DNA of 64,000 nt from positions 960,001 through 1,024,000 of the forward strand of contig CAVTET010000001.1 in NCBI GenBank assembly GCA_963733675.1, in the 5' to 3' direction. How positions within the stretch are numbered: the stretch's first letter is position 1; each line of letters starts with the position of its first letter. Under the pieces are notes generated by a model that ran no database searches, had not been told where the DNA came from, and saw only the letters and a list, made by a program, of their open reading frames with translations. The translations under genes and the position numbers were made by a program. This DNA comes from an uncultured Methanosarcinaceae archaeon. GTDB lineage: Archaea; Halobacteriota; Methanosarcinia; Methanosarcinales; Methanosarcinaceae. Positions 11,786 to 25,688 of this stretch are shown one piece after another.

Positions 11786-14245
11786 ATGGTTGCAATGAAT
11801 AAAGGCGTAAAATATTCGGTTGCAGAAGGATCCCACAATGGTTTAAAACTTAGAATAATTACTCTTACAGCAGCTGTCTTAGTTGCTTTTTTCATACGCA
11901 TGCTATCTTATGCCTCAATTACTGCAAACGGAGGTATAACCTTCAGAGGATATGATCAATTTTATCATATGCGACGCATTCTTTATACAGCATACAATTT
12001 CCCACATACTCTTAATTTTGATTCTTATCTCAATTATCCTTACGGTTTTAAAATAGGGTGGCCACCTTTTTTTGATCTGTTAGGTGCTCTGCTTGCAAAA
12101 ATCCTGGGAGGAGGTCAGCCAGATTTGCATACTATCGAATTTGCAGGGGCATTATTACCGGTACTTCTCGGGGCATTGACTATAATTCCACTTTATCTAG
12201 CAGCTGCTACGATTTTTGACAGAAAAACAGGACTTCTTGCCGCCTTCATTTTCGCATTTATTCCAGCTCATATATATGCATCCAAGTTTGGGAACGTTAG
12301 CCATCATGTAGCAGAAACATTTCTCACAACTGTAGCATATACATTACTCATACTTGCTTTAAAATGGGTGCGAGGAAGCTCTTTTCCCCCAAGCTCTCTT
12401 AAAAATATTTATTCAGAAAAGAAACTGATGAAATCACTGGCTTTTGCAGGAGCATCAGGGATATTCTTAGCCTTGTTTATTTTTACATGGCTGGGAGCCT
12501 TGTTTTTTGTAAGTTTGATAGTTTTGTATGCAGTTATACAGACTACTATCGACCTTAAAGCTGGAAAACGATCTGATGACATCTTCATCTGCTTAATAGC
12601 AACTCTTTTTTCAACATTTTTATTTACTATTCCGCTATCAGCAGGATATGTACGCTCTGGTTTGGAAATGAGTGCGATGTATCTTTCCTGGTTTCAGGTA
12701 CTCTATGTACTTAGTATGATAGCAGTCACTACTTTTTTATGGGGCCTCTCCATATATATCTCTAAAAAAGGCATGGACTGGAAATATTATCCTAGCATTT
12801 TAATACTAGTTTTGTGTGCAAGCTTTTTGCTTCTCCGCTTTTTTTCAGCTGGAAACTATGCTTTTGTGATCGAAGGAATAAGTTTTTTCTCGGGAAAAGG
12901 TACATACTTAGGTACTATTTCCGAAGCAATTCCTTTGTTTTTAACTTCAACAGGAAACTTCACCGTTATGCAAGCATTAGAAAATTTCGGACTTTGTTTG
13001 CTTGTTTCTCTGGCAGCTTTTTTCCTGCTAGTTCTTGAGTGGAAAAGGGATGAATCAAAACCAGAAAGGGTTTTTTTCCTATTATGGACAATCTTTTCTG
13101 CATATATTACATTCTCACAAAGACGTTTTTCATATCAGCTCGCAGTAAATATTGCAATCCTTACTTCATATATACTGTGGGTTATGTTTGAATCCCTAAA
13201 CTTTGAAACTGAAGTAAAAAAGGTAATCTCTGGACTGAAAAATGGTAACAAAATCTCACTTGACTCTCAAGCCGGAAAAAAAATAAATGTAAACACAACA
13301 CCAAGAATTAAAAAAATGGATTTTTTAGAGCCAAATAATAATCAGAGACCCGATTACTTCAAAGTTTTTTTAGCATTGGCGTTGATAGGATTCGTTTTTG
13401 TACCTTGTATATTGATAGGAGCCGCTCTTGCAAAAAGTTCAGACTGGGTTGGCCCAGGTCCAGAATGGCAAAAATCGCTCATTTGGCTCCAAAATTCCAG
13501 CCCTGAGACCTCTTATTATCTTCAACCTTCCCAAATTCCAGAATATGGAGTGCTGAGCTGGTGGGATTATGGTAACTGGATAGTGTACCTCTCCAAGAGA
13601 CCTGCAATATCAAACAATTTCCAGACCGGTGTTGAAGATTCTGCATATTTTTTTATGTCTGAGTCTGAACAGGAAGCAAAGGCTATAATGGACAAACTCA
13701 AGGTAAAATATGTGATCACTGATACACCGATGTTAAATGAGAAGTTTGGAGCTATTGCTCATTTCGCAGGAAAGGACTCGAAGGATTATTTTAAACAAGT
13801 TAACCGTACTTCTGTGATTGGTAAAGAGAAACTTTTTAAGACTGAAATATTTAAGCTTCACGACCAAAATGGTGCAAATCTTGGAAATCTGCGGCTTGTA
13901 CACGAAAGCAATGTCTTTAATGTAGGCCATAACAAAAGTAATGTTGTGAAAATATTTGAATATGTTCCAGGGGCCAAGATTACAGGTATTTCAAGCCCTC
14001 ACAAACTTGTCAATGTAACACTTTATCTCAAATCAAACACAGGCAGAAAATTCAAGTATGAAAATAAAGCAATGGCAGATATGAACGGTTTATTTGAAAT
14101 AACTGTACCCTATTCTACAGAAAAAACTGACAGTGGAATCAATGCTATATCGGCTTATAACCTGAGTGCAGGAGAAAACATTACCGAATCAGTAATTTAT
14201 ATAAAAGAAAGTGACGTTCTAAATGGAAATAGGATAAAAATATGA
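11786..14245 (+). CDS. aglB: Oligosaccharyltransferase AglB (STT3 family)
   Basis: GYDQFYH, multiple TM helices, TISE (TIxE), SWWDYGNWI, NNFQTG. Confidence 0.9.
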   Translation: MVAMNKGVKYSVAEGSHNGLKLRIITLTAAVLVAFFIRMLSYASITANGGITFRGYDQFYHMRRILYTAYNFPHTLNFDSYLNYPYGFKIGWPPFFDLLGALLAKILGGGQPDLHTIEFAGALLPVLLGALTIIPLYLAAATIFDRKTGLLAAFIFAFIPAHIYASKFGNVSHHVAETFLTTVAYTLLILALKWVRGSSFPPSSLKNIYSEKKLMKSLAFAGASGIFLALFIFTWLGALFFVSLIVLYAVIQTTIDLKAGKRSDDIFICLIATLFSTFLFTIPLSAGYVRSGLEMSAMYLSWFQVLYVLSMIAVTTFLWGLSIYISKKGMDWKYYPSILILVLCASFLLLRFFSAGNYAFVIEGISFFSGKGTYLGTISEAIPLFLTSTGNFTVMQALENFGLCLLVSLAAFFLLVLEWKRDESKPERVFFLLWTIFSAYITFSQRRFSYQLAVNIAILTSYILWVMFESLNFETEVKKVISGLKNGNKISLDSQAGKKINVNTTPRIKKMDFLEPNNNQRPDYFKVFLALALIGFVFVPCILIGAALAKSSDWVGPGPEWQKSLIWLQNSSPETSYYLQPSQIPEYGVLSWWDYGNWIVYLSKRPAISNNFQTGVEDSAYFFMSESEQEAKAIMDKLKVKYVITDTPMLNEKFGAIAHFAGKDSKDYFKQVNRTSVIGKEKLFKTEIFKLHDQNGANLGNLRLVHESNVFNVGHNKSNVVKIFEYVPGAKITGISSPHKLVNVTLYLKSNTGRKFKYENKAMADMNGLFEITVPYSTEKTDSGINAISAYNLSAGENITESVIYIKESDVLNGNRIKI

Positions 14246-14362
14246 TCTCTAGAACTAAATAGTAATTTCCTTTGAGGATATTCAAATTAACTTTCTAGGT
14301 ATCTTTACTTTATAATTTTTCCTGGGTGGTTCTTTGTTTTGTGTGGAAGTATATAAGATATG

Positions 14363-14451
14363 GAGGATCTTGGTAAACCCTTAAATCTAGTCATATGCTT
14401 ATAAATTTGATATAAATTATTTGTGAATGTCTGAGGTTTATCGAAATGTCC
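14363..14451. mobile_element. ~90-bp MITE-like element with IS5-type inverted ends
   Basis: GAGGATCTTGGTAAACCC ... GAGGTTTATCGAAATGTCC; ends resemble those of the IS5 remnants. Confidence 0.5.
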
Positions 14452-15073
14452 TTCGGTTTTAATTCCCTCATAAATTATGGAATATCTCTACTTCAATAAC
14501 ATTGAATTTTTATAGGCGGTTACAAAAAAATGGAGTTAAGATGTATGAATTAAGTTTTTTCTTGTGAACTATTGAGGATAAATAATAAACTAATCGGGAG
14601 TAAAACAAATAAAAATGGTCATTCGAAGCCAGGGGTCGTATTCAGGACTATAGCAAGTCGTAAAGTGGGTAAAGCATGGAAGAAAGAAAAGAAGGAAAAA
14701 CTTTTTCCTTGTTTGTCCTTCATTGATTGGAATTATTTTCCAGAGTAACTGATGTAGATTTTAGTGATTCAATGGGATATAAAAAGTCTCTGATCTGATG
14801 ATATATTCAGGACAATTATCATTTTAAGATATCAATTTTATTATAATTTGAAGTTTGGCTTTTGAGGATTAATGTGTACTTTTATGTAGATGCCAAAACA
14901 AAATCAAGAAATAGAAGTTCTTAAGCAAAAATGTGGCTTAAATTATACATAGACTCAAATAAATGTTATTTTGTAAATATTAGAATAAAATAAGGATAAA
15001 GTTTAAACTGGAGTCCCCATTAAGGTATCTTAATATGTTGCAATTAAAACTCAGGAGTAAAATAGAAAAGGAA

Positions 15074-15101
15074 ATGGTAAGGAAAAAATTTTCTTTACCA
15101 T
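15074..15101 (-). terminator. Hairpin immediately after ackA stop
   Basis: ATGGTAAGGAAAA / TTTTCTTTACCAT inverted repeat. Confidence 0.45.
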
Positions 15102-16345
15102 CAGACAGTTATAGAACTATGTAGCTTGTATTCTGTCTCACATACTTCTTTAGTATCCCTTGCAATGGTAAGTTCTTCATTGGTTGGGATAACAAGAACT
15201 CTTACTTTCGAATCTGGTGTGCTAATGTCGATTTCCTGACCTCTTATTTTGTTCTTTTCATCATCAATCTTTATACCTAGGCCTTCAAGACCGGAAAGAA
15301 TTCTCTTTCTTATAGTTGCGCTGTTTTCTCCGATACCTGCGGTAAATACCACTGCATCTGCGCCGTTGAGCACGGCTGAATACTCACCTATAAATTTTTT
15401 AATCTTGTATGCAAAGACTTCAAGGGCAAGTTCTGCTCTCTGGTTACCATTGGAAGCTGCTTCATCAAGGTCTCTGAAATCGTTGCTTATTCCAGAGATT
15501 CCGAGTACCCCGGATTTTTTATTCATAAGACTGTCAATTTCCCTGGTTGAAAGCCCTTCTTTCTCCATAACGAATGGAACGACAGCTGGGTCGATGGAAC
15601 CGCATCTGGTTCCCATTGCGACTCCCTCTAGCGGGGTAAAGCCCATGCTGGTCTCAACGGATTTTCCACCCTTTACAGCGGTAATGCTTGAACCATTCCC
15701 TAGATGGCAAGTTATAATTTTAACATCTTTTTCCGGTTTCCTGAGCATAGCAGCAGCTCTTCTGGAAACGTACATATGAGAGGTACCATGGAAACCATAT
15801 TTCCTAATTCCATGTTTCTCGTACAAATCATATGGTAGAGCATACATGTAGGCGTATGCAGGTAGCGTCATATGGAATGCAGTATCAAATACAGCTACCA
15901 TCGGTGTACCAGGCATGATCTCAGCGCAGGCGGTGATCCCCATCATGTTTGGAGGATTGTGGAGAGGAGCTAGTTCAAAGCAATCTTTGATCGCCTTTTC
16001 CACACTAGCGTCGATTAATGCAGATGATGTGAATTTCTCGCCACCGTGCACAACCCTGTGTCCGACTGCGTTTATTTCTGCCATATCTTTGATTACACCG
16101 AATTCTGAATCGGTGAGAGCTTTTACGACTTCCTCGAGGGCATGTTTGTGAGTGGGTAGATCAGTTTGCATTTCCAGCTTCTTGCCATCGAATCTTTTTT
16201 GGGTGATAATTCCATTATTGATACCTATCCTCTCACAGAGACCTACAGCAAGGGCGGATTCATTAGTCATATCAATTAGTTGATATTTTAGAGACGAGCT
16301 CCCAGCATTTATTACAAGTACCTTCATGTATACACACCAGTTCAA
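15101..16345 (-). CDS. ackA: Acetate kinase (likely start at MKVLVINAG, 16327)
   Basis: [38 protein letters not shown]. Confidence 0.97.
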   Translation of the reverse strand: MNWCVYMKVLVINAGSSSLKYQLIDMTNESALAVGLCERIGINNGIITQKRFDGKKLEMQTDLPTHKHALEEVVKALTDSEFGVIKDMAEINAVGHRVVHGGEKFTSSALIDASVEKAIKDCFELAPLHNPPNMMGITACAEIMPGTPMVAVFDTAFHMTLPAYAYMYALPYDLYEKHGIRKYGFHGTSHMYVSRRAAAMLRKPEKDVKIITCHLGNGSSITAVKGGKSVETSMGFTPLEGVAMGTRCGSIDPAVVPFVMEKEGLSTREIDSLMNKKSGVLGISGISNDFRDLDEAASNGNQRAELALEVFAYKIKKFIGEYSAVLNGADAVVFTAGIGENSATIRKRILSGLEGLGIKIDDEKNKIRGQEIDISTPDSKVRVLVIPTNEELTIARDTKEVCETEYKLHSSITV

Positions 16346-16430
16346 TTCATTGCTTTTAAGTCACATTCACAGTTTTTCGGTTAAATATACTTTGTAAAAT
16401 TTATAAAGCACTTTCGTTATGCATTCTCAA

Positions 16431-17432
<1,002 letters not shown>

Positions 17433-18996
17433 TCAACCAACCTCCTATATAATTAGGCTGATTAAATTTACTGGTCTTGATATATAAATTTACGTAAAAA
17501 TCTCGGAGAAATTTATCTAAAGATGACGATATATCCTGTCTGCTAACCTATTATAATTATTTGCAAACATTTATATTTAAAATTAATAAAAGAATCTCAT
17601 TTTTTTTCATGAAATTTGGTATTGTTTTATTAACAATAAACCATCGAAAATTTAGATAACCACAATTTTTGGCTGATTTTTTATAAAGCATAATGTAAAA
17701 AATTTGTTGAAATCTGAGGTTTATCAAAATGGTCTAATATAAATAACAAATTGATATAACTAAATTCTGAAAGGAATGGGACAATAAACAAGCATCGTAA
17801 ATGTTAATCCTATAAAAAAACAGTTGAAGATATCCACTTTGATGCAATAGATACTTCTGATTACTAAATGATGGATAAATGAGAAACATACTCAGTAGCA
17901 AACAGTTTAATAAAATAAGTTAATTTGAATTTGTTCAATTAATCCTAGTAAAGATGACTAAATATATTATTTCTCGGTTTGATTAGTTCGAAAAAAGGAC
18001 TTACATGCGGATTGATAAGTAACGTATATCTTTCCCAAAAACGGATTGATGATAGGATGTTTGTTTGGAGGTTAACATCCCCTTAAAATGATAGGGTTTT
18101 GAATCGTGTTGTGGATTATAAAATGCATCCCTGTATAAAAATTTAGAACTACATAAAGTGATAAAAACGGCATTAAGATACCCATATTTATAATTTAATG
18201 GCCAAGTTTATTCGAGCTTATTTTTTTCAAATTGTTGGTTGACAGTCGTGTTTTGTCATTTTAGAATGTATTGAAATTATACATTTGTAACAACTAATAA
18301 AAATTAATCGATTTTTTAGATAACTTTCTAATTAAGTTAAATTTATAATTTTCTTTTGTAATTAGGTAATTATCCCCTTCTTTAAACGGTGGAAGCCAAA
18401 CTATTTCATATAGTCCATTTTTAATTTCGAACTGTGCGATACAGCCCCTGATCACGTACAAACAAGGTTTCTATGTTCACAACTGTGTTTCTCACTCCGA
18501 TTTTTACTTTCAAAATTCACGTGGATCTATTAGTACTTATTCCTCTTCTGACCAGAATGTAAGGAGAGTAGGAAACTGGTAGAGTATGAGTATTTGGCAT
18601 CTTGGTAAAATCTCAGATTACTACTTGATAGACTACCCAACATATGAAGGAACAAACTTTAGGAGAACTATTCCTATCTAAATTATATATTTGGTGGTTA
18701 TTTAATCTAATGAATGTTTGTCGAAGTTTTATAATGATCTAATAATTAGTAAACTATATTAAAGTACATATATAACTATACTAATAAACTTAAAATGTTA
18801 AGGCTGCTGACTAAAATATTTTGGGTGGAATTGTTTTGAGTGGTCCAATTTGGCGAATAAAAGATGTGTATTTGGAACAAATTCGCCATTCGATTGGAAA
18901 AAACTAACTGGGCAGTATTTAATTAAACCAGATTGAGAAGCAGCATTAATTTAGCAAAAGTTTTGGAAGTACACTGAGGATTGTGAAGAAAATAAT

Positions 18997-19395
18997 ATGA
19001 AGGCGATTAAATATTTAATTTGTCTCTTTACTCTGTCGGTTGTGTTGAGTTCGGTTATTCTTGCAGGAGCTAATATACCACCTACACAGCGAGTAATTAA
19101 TGACAAGGGGCAAAATTGGTATTTGAAAGGTGATAAATCAGATTCCAGCGATAAATACTGGAATAATACAGTTGCATGGATAGATTATCAAAATATGCTG
19201 CACTTAATAATTGTTAAGGGCACAAACATAATTTATAGTATTGAATTGAAACCCAGTTACGTAAAAATCACATCCATGCAGGCAAATGGGAAAGTTATAG
19301 CAAACTATGAGCTTATTCCAAAATTAGTTTTATTCCCGATCAGTAGAAGTTTTAGAACTATTTTTCGTAATTGGAAACCTTGGTTGTGTTCATGA
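18997..19395 (+). CDS. Hypothetical secreted protein
   Basis: N-terminal signal-peptide-like hydrophobic stretch; no family recognised. Confidence 0.5.
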   Translation: MKAIKYLICLFTLSVVLSSVILAGANIPPTQRVINDKGQNWYLKGDKSDSSDKYWNNTVAWIDYQNMLHLIIVKGTNIIYSIELKPSYVKITSMQANGKVIANYELIPKLVLFPISRSFRTIFRNWKPWLCS

Positions 19396-20269
19396 GTTAT
19401 TGAAAATCATAATTAGAAGTCAATATCCATATTTTACCAAAGATAAGAGGCCTACTCATTTTTTCTATTCGATCAATTGCTAAAGGATACTCTCTGATAT
19501 CAAATTTATCTCAGCTATGCCTTTAATTTTATAAATTACCCAAAAATTTTCACTCTCAAATATTGTTTTTCGTTCAAGCTTTTATTCCTCAATCAATTTA
19601 GAGGACCTATCTGAGCCAAGTTTATGATGTAGCCTCCCCCACCTTCCTTATTTAACCTATGCTACCAATAGTAGCTTATTTTTTTAGTGGCTACCTTTCT
19701 TGAGCTTGCTTTATAATAGAATCTCATGAGAATATAAACTGGATAAAGTGTCGAGGATTTCTGTAGATCTCTAATTTTCAGGAATCACATATTTACCAAT
19801 TATAAGCATATGATGAAAATTAGGAACTGATCATAATCCTCTTCAACTTCTGTTGAACTTTAGTATTCTTTTCTGTCATCATGAGCAAATCAAGTTGATC
19901 AAAAAAAGTATTTTATTCGATACGATACTTTCAAGCCTCACGATAAAAATATTTGGTTTCACAAGTATCTGTTACTAGTAATGAAAAATGTAATTTCAAA
20001 GTCAAATTTTCGTGTGCTTTACGAATTGTTTCTTCTGATATAATATATTTTCACTCTATATTTTTATCGAAATTAATGATTTTCCAAAAAATTATTCATG
20101 GTGCCTTTTTTTGTTTTCACATTTAATTTGCAATTTCAAAGAATCATGGAGTTTTACAAATTAAGCTGACACAATTGTTTGCTTTGTCGGCAACTTTTGA
20201 GTTTTCACAATCTTTACACCAAAAATATTTCGGCTTTCTTAAAAATTAAGTGATAATATTTTTTTTAAT

Positions 20270-20508
20270 GTCATCTTCAGGTTTGCCTATTAAAATGGTT
20301 TTATTAAGATATAATGGACTCAAAAATGATGCAAAAATGTTTCCAGCCAATTGAAGGGATCAATTCAAGCATGTTTGTCTCCGACTTACTGAGGCGTTTT
20401 TATTCTTCTTTAAGAGCAAAGTCAATCAGAGTTTTCATGAGTAAAAATTATTATTAAGGGATTTAAAAATCCCAATGATCAAATGCATCGGAATTTATCG
20501 AAATTCTC
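20270..20508 (-). mobile_element. IS5-family left-end remnant (5' transposase fragment)
   Basis: Homologous to 58270-58612; ATG at 20438 gives MKTLIDFALKEE*..; terminal GGAATTTATCGAAATTCTC. Confidence 0.7.
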
Positions 20509-21261
20509 TAAGATATTACATGGTCTTTTGTATGAAGTATATTTTAAAATCTCTTCCAAATAATTATATTATTAACTATTTGAAATAAACTGCTTTAAAA
20601 ATTGGAATTGACATGTTTTGATTTTGATGCAATCGATACAATGGTGATCATATATCTTTTCGTTTGTTCTGAACCAAAATATCCTCCTTCAAGATTGATT
20701 CAGATTGTGAAAAGTATCAAATCAAAAAATGAGGATTTTGATGGACGCCAATTTATGGCTGGTTGCTTATGAGCCTTATATAATCAATTTGTGAAATAGG
20801 AGGTTTATCAAAATTATCAAAACTCTTTAAAAGAATGCTATGACATTAAAAAACCAGTTATTGGATGGTAAACTATGGAGTGATGCTATAACTTCCGATG
20901 TAATTGATAAAATTGTTGAAAATCAGGAAAACCATGTAGAAAAAGAAGCCTTTAGCAAGTGAATATATTCGATTTTGAGTAATTCCTCTATAGCCATAGC
21001 TGTTATGAGAACATACCCCTTGCAGCTTGGTGCCCAACCTTAACTTTGATTTATGATTTATGGAACTGGTTTTGAAACTGATGAGATTAGGAAATGGTGA
21101 GATTAGGAAAGACTTGGAATCTATTGAAACACCATTATTTATATTCGTTTGAACTATATCCATCGATCATGGATAGTAATTAGATATTTCCCTGATGTTA
21201 TGTCACTCGAAACATTTATATGTTTACCGTGATATTTTGGAGATACTCTTTGATCAACAGT

Positions 21262-21333
21262 GCCTTGGTGGCTTAGGGGTATAGCGCGTCCTTGGTAAGG
21301 ACGAGGTCGCGGGTTCAAATCCCGCCCGAGGCT
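21262..21333 (+). tRNA. tRNA-Thr(GGT)
   Basis: Acceptor GCCTTGG/CCGAGGC, anticodon arm CGTCC-TTGGTAA-GGACG, T arm GCGGG-TTCAAAT-CCCGC. Confidence 0.95.
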
Positions 21334-21866
21334 TATTTCCTTAAAAGGTTCACAGCATACTTTCATTCACTGGGTATGATGATAAATTCATCTGAGCGCT
21401 ATATATGCATTTAACTTTTTTCTTCATCTTTTTCGCATTACTCAGATAGTGAAAATTTTACAACTTCGTAGAAAAGAATTCGTATCACAACTCTAATGGA
21501 GACAAGGTTTTGCTAGATTTTGTTCTATTTGGCAATCATTCCAATTCTATTTTTATATTCGACACACATTATTTGAGTCAACTGATAACTATAATTTAAA
21601 ATATTTTTCAGGTTTCTCCGAACAGCGGGAAATGAAAGATCATTTCCAATTAATTCGGTATAAACATCTGATAAATCTCTATAAGCGATATTTTTGCCTT
21701 GCATATTTTATCACTAATTCGAATAATGAGCAAATCCCCGATCATAAGGATAGGGAATTCGTGACCCTCTACTCTCCCAAAGTTACAAAAAGTCACTAAG
21801 GGGAAGCAAAATTATATTTGAAGGGCTGTAGATGCTCTCTAATTTATTTAAGAATCCGTCACTTAT

Positions 21867-22835
21867 TTACTTACTGGCAAAAATATTCCTAAGGTTATCA
21901 TTCACAAGGCTGATTGCTCTGCAAGCTGCAGGCGTACCTGCAAGTGCGTTTAACATCACGAAATCATGTATTGTTCCCAGGTATCTAACGGCTGTTACAT
22001 TGACACCGGCTTGAATCAGCTTATGAGCATACGCCTCACCCTCGTCGCGGAGGACATCACTTTCATCAGTGATTATCAGAGCTGGTGGCTGCCCCTTGAG
22101 CTGGTCAATCGAAGCATGTAGCGGTGATGCTGTTGGCTGCTTTCGTGCTCCTTCATCGGGTAAATAATTATCCCAAAACCATTTCATCGCTTCACGGGTA
22201 AGCCAGATATCGGTTGCAAATTGCTGGTAAGACTGGGTATCAAAATTAGCATCTGTCACAGGATAAAAGAGTACCTGATAGCTAATTTTCGGACCGCTCC
22301 GCTCCTTTGCTAGTAGTAAAACAGCTGCGGCCCTGTTCCCGCCTACGCTATCACCAGCCACAACTAACTTTGATGTATCCATACTGAAGTTTTTCCCATT
22401 CTCTGCAAAATATTTTGTCGCTGCATATGCCTCTTCTATAGGTTACGGGTACTTCGATTCGGGAGAAGGAGTGAAATTGACGAATACAACCACAGCCTGG
22501 GCTCCATTAGAGATTTCTCGAACCAATCGATCGTGTGTATTTTAGTCTCCAAGAACCCAGCCACCGCCATGAAAGTACATAATGACTGGCAAAATACCCT
22601 TATTTCCTTTTGGCCTGATAATTCTAATCGAAATTTGTCCTTTTGGGCCAACTGGAATATTGAGATCTTCGATGTCTACTGGGAGTTTTGCCATCTCAGT
22701 AGTAGCTTGTAAATCGTCAAGAACCTTGCGTGCATCTATCGGATTGAGTTTGTAGATTGGCATTCCACCCTGCTTGTTTATCTTTTCTACAAATGCTTTT
22801 GTTGTTGGCTCGAGTAAGTCAATGGTTACATTCAT
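21867..22835 (-). pseudogene. HSL-family alpha/beta hydrolase (esterase) with two in-frame TAA stops
   Basis: HGGGW and GDSVGG motifs in the same frame; TAA at 22544-22542 and 22445-22443. Confidence 0.85.
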
Positions 22836-23243
22836 GAATGATTCCTTCCAGCTTGCTTTTCAGTAAGTATAAAGGTACCTAAAAAATGTATAATATCAAT
22901 TAAAACCGGCATTCTACAGATGTACACAGATTTAGAACTCATTTGCTTGTTTGCTCACTATTATTTATTGAAAGTTGGATTAATTTTTAAGCTGCTCCAT
23001 ATTGAGAAACTAAGTGGCATTTTTTGTACATCTCTGAAAGTTGTATGAAATGTAGTAAATTATTAAGAGCATGTCAATAAACATCTGATTTTCACTAGTA
23101 TGGAATGTAACATTTATAAGCATCTGACAAAATTTAGATGTTTATCGAAATTCTTTTAATTAAATAAATCTATAGATATTTAGTGCTATATTCTTCAGTT
23201 TGCTGTGTTTCTTTTGTAAAGAAGCTTTTTCTCAATCACCACA

Positions 23244-23542
23244 TTACTCAATTTTCACATCTACTAATTTTTCTAAAGGCTGTTGATAAGGTACTGTGAC
23301 TTTAAGTATACCATTTGAGTATTTAGCAACTGTTTTTTCCGGGTTTACTGGGCAACAGGTCAATAACTGTCCAGATACTGAACTCCCTCTTTCCTAGCAG
23401 CTACATAAAAACTGTCCTCATTAATCTTAAAAGAAATATCTTTCTTTTCGACTCCTGGAAGAACTACCTCAATTAGAAAGTTTTCGTAATTGTCGTCAGG
23501 ATATGCACAGATAACCGGTGATAATCTCAAAGTGCCTGCCAT
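23244..23542 (-). pseudogene. Hsp20/alpha-crystallin small heat-shock protein, frameshifted
   Basis: EVVLPGVEKKDI then, after a shift near 23360, CCPVNPEKTVAKYSNGILKVTVP. Confidence 0.8.
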
Positions 23543-23761
23543 TATATTACCCCAAAATATTCATATTTGATTAAAGAATCCATTAACTTTAAATTTGCTA
23601 CTTAAGCCTGCTTTTATCTCTGTTTACATTCACTCTGTGGTAGATACGAGGAGTAAATGTAACAAATCACAATATAGTCAATCATTTTAACAATTTTAAA
23701 TACCCAGGTAAAAAACCTAGAAAATACAAATTTCAATATTGTATTGTTGAACTTATTTGCC

Positions 23762-23992
23762 TTAGTTCATCATTTCCGGAACCTTTCGAATGTCAGCTAT
23801 CGCTTTCTTCTTCAGCTCGATCATCTTTTCCATATCATGGATTTTTGCTTCCAACCATTGTATTTTCATATCCATTTTCATTATTGCAACTTTCCTTTTC
23901 TGTTCTTCAGTCAGAAGTGCCCAAAACTCAGGTATTGGTTCTGCATGCATAATTGGTTGCTTTCCGGTTGATTTTTCATGATGCATATTCAA
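23762..23992 (-). CDS. Small coiled-coil hypothetical protein
   Basis: RBS-like AAGGGG upstream; Met/Lys/Glu-rich helical sequence. Confidence 0.6.
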   Translation of the reverse strand: MNMHHEKSTGKQPIMHAEPIPEFWALLTEEQKRKVAIMKMDMKIQWLEAKIHDMEKMIELKKKAIADIRKVPEMMN

Positions 23993-24238
23993 CTACCCCT
24001 TTCATGTATACTCAAAAAAAATGTTATATGATTTCCTCAGATCATTGATTCAGTCTGAAAAACGAGTATATCTCACACTTTTGGGAAAATGCAGAGATAA
24101 TCTTTCGCTTATGATTTTCAACAACGTATAGAAACGACAATTTCTGTCTAATGAACTATTTAATTTTTTTAAGTAAAGTAATATGGTAAAAGAAATGTAT
24201 CGTATCTTTTTATTATTGTTTTATTATTGGTATGGTTA

Positions 24239-24314
24239 GAGGATTCCGACAAACCCAAATTTTTGGCTGGTTGTCTTTAAAGTGAATCTAAGCCAGGGAT
24301 TTATCGAAATTCTC
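24239..24314. mobile_element. 76-bp MITE-like element with IS5-type inverted ends
   Basis: GAGGATTCCGACAAACCC ... GGGATTTATCGAAATTCTC. Confidence 0.6.
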
Positions 24315-24848
24315 AACAATTATCCAATATATTCACAAATTCTACCGTTCCTCCCTCACTCTTTGACTCTTTATCTGTTCGCTTTAAGCTACAAAGTACA
24401 ATTATCTACTAAATTATTTTAAATTAATTATACAAAAAATATTTTCTGAATAAAATTTATTTTTTCATAAAATGTTTTAAAACCAACAAATAAATTCTAA
24501 TAATCATGTTTTTATTATATTCGGAGATCTTCACAAACTTAACATTAGAATTTTTCCCCTTAAAAAGAATGGTAGATTAACTTAGATCAAATTAAGACTC
24601 CATTCTAAATCACAGAAAACAAGCAATTGTAATGGAAAAGTATTTATATAGGAAAATTAGGATACAGAATAGATTCAACAGAAAATTATGCACGCTGCCT
24701 AAATTTGTCAGACTATTTTTCCTTTGAGCCCATCTTTATATATTTTATTTTTTCCATACTATTGTGGGTACATACCTTAAAATTTTTCCTTCAACGCTAG
24801 CAGTCTCCTTTCTTATAATGCATTCTTTTTTATTTTCGAGTAACTGAA

Positions 24849-25685
24849 TTATGTGACGGTAACTTTGCTCAATCTCCACCGTGCAATAAGAAACATTATT
24901 CCCATAAAAGCCACAAGAGTTAGGAACGAAACAAGAACATCTCCCTGAGTATAAGTGTAATGAATTCCTATTGATGAAAAATCGCTCCCTATAGTAAAAT
25001 ACCTGATCGCACTGATGAGATGATTGAGTGGATTGACTGCTGACAAAGTTCTGAGTATAGGGGGAAAAGAGTTCACAGGGTAAAGTGCATTGCTCACGAA
25101 AAAGAAAGGCATAGTCAGCAGGGTTATTACCGCTTGCATGCCTTCTGGACTCTCCATAGTTATTGCGATCGCAACTGAAAGGAAAAGAAATCCAAGAGAG
25201 AATATCCCTATAAAAAGCATAATTCCAAACAATGAAACAAGAATCTGTAGCTGAGTATAACCTTCAAAAAATCGGACTCCAAGCAGAAGTCCAAAAACCA
25301 TGATAACAGCTGACTGGATAAAAGACTTGATCATGCTTGAAAGTCCGATTCCTAGAATGATATGATTCCTTGGCAGAGGGCTTGCAAGAGTCTCTCGCAT
25401 AAGTCCCCAGTTTTTATCGAAGAGCAACACAGTCCCCCCTAAAAGGCTCGTAAAAAGTGTGGTCATAGCAATAATGCCTGCACCTATGAAGGTCAGATAG
25501 CCTACCGTCCTGACGCCTGGGATCGCTGGCAATGTTGCTGTAAGCCTATCAAAGTTATTAGACATTGCAATTCCAAAAAAAGCTAACCAAAGAGCAGGCT
25601 GGATAAGTGTGGCGAACAGGAGTGCTCGGAATCGGACAAATCTTAGCATGTCTCGCCAATAGATAGTAAGAAATCCTGTATGCAT
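24849..25685 (-). CDS. ABC-2 type exporter permease (DrrB-like)
   Basis: Multi-TM, QPALWL..FG, SNALYP, VNPL; downstream of the ATPase. Confidence 0.85.
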   Translation of the reverse strand: MHTGFLTIYWRDMLRFVRFRALLFATLIQPALWLAFFGIAMSNNFDRLTATLPAIPGVRTVGYLTFIGAGIIAMTTLFTSLLGGTVLLFDKNWGLMRETLASPLPRNHIILGIGLSSMIKSFIQSAVIMVFGLLLGVRFFEGYTQLQILVSLFGIMLFIGIFSLGFLFLSVAIAITMESPEGMQAVITLLTMPFFFVSNALYPVNSFPPILRTLSAVNPLNHLISAIRYFTIGSDFSSIGIHYTYTQGDVLVSFLTLVAFMGIMFLIARWRLSKVTVT

Positions 25686-25688
25686 ATT

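Noticed and set aside
19480-19900. Possible degraded gene on the minus strand
   Set aside because: Coding-like patches only; no family could be supported
21154-21366. 70-aa minus-strand ORF
   Set aside because: Antisense overlap with tRNA-Thr
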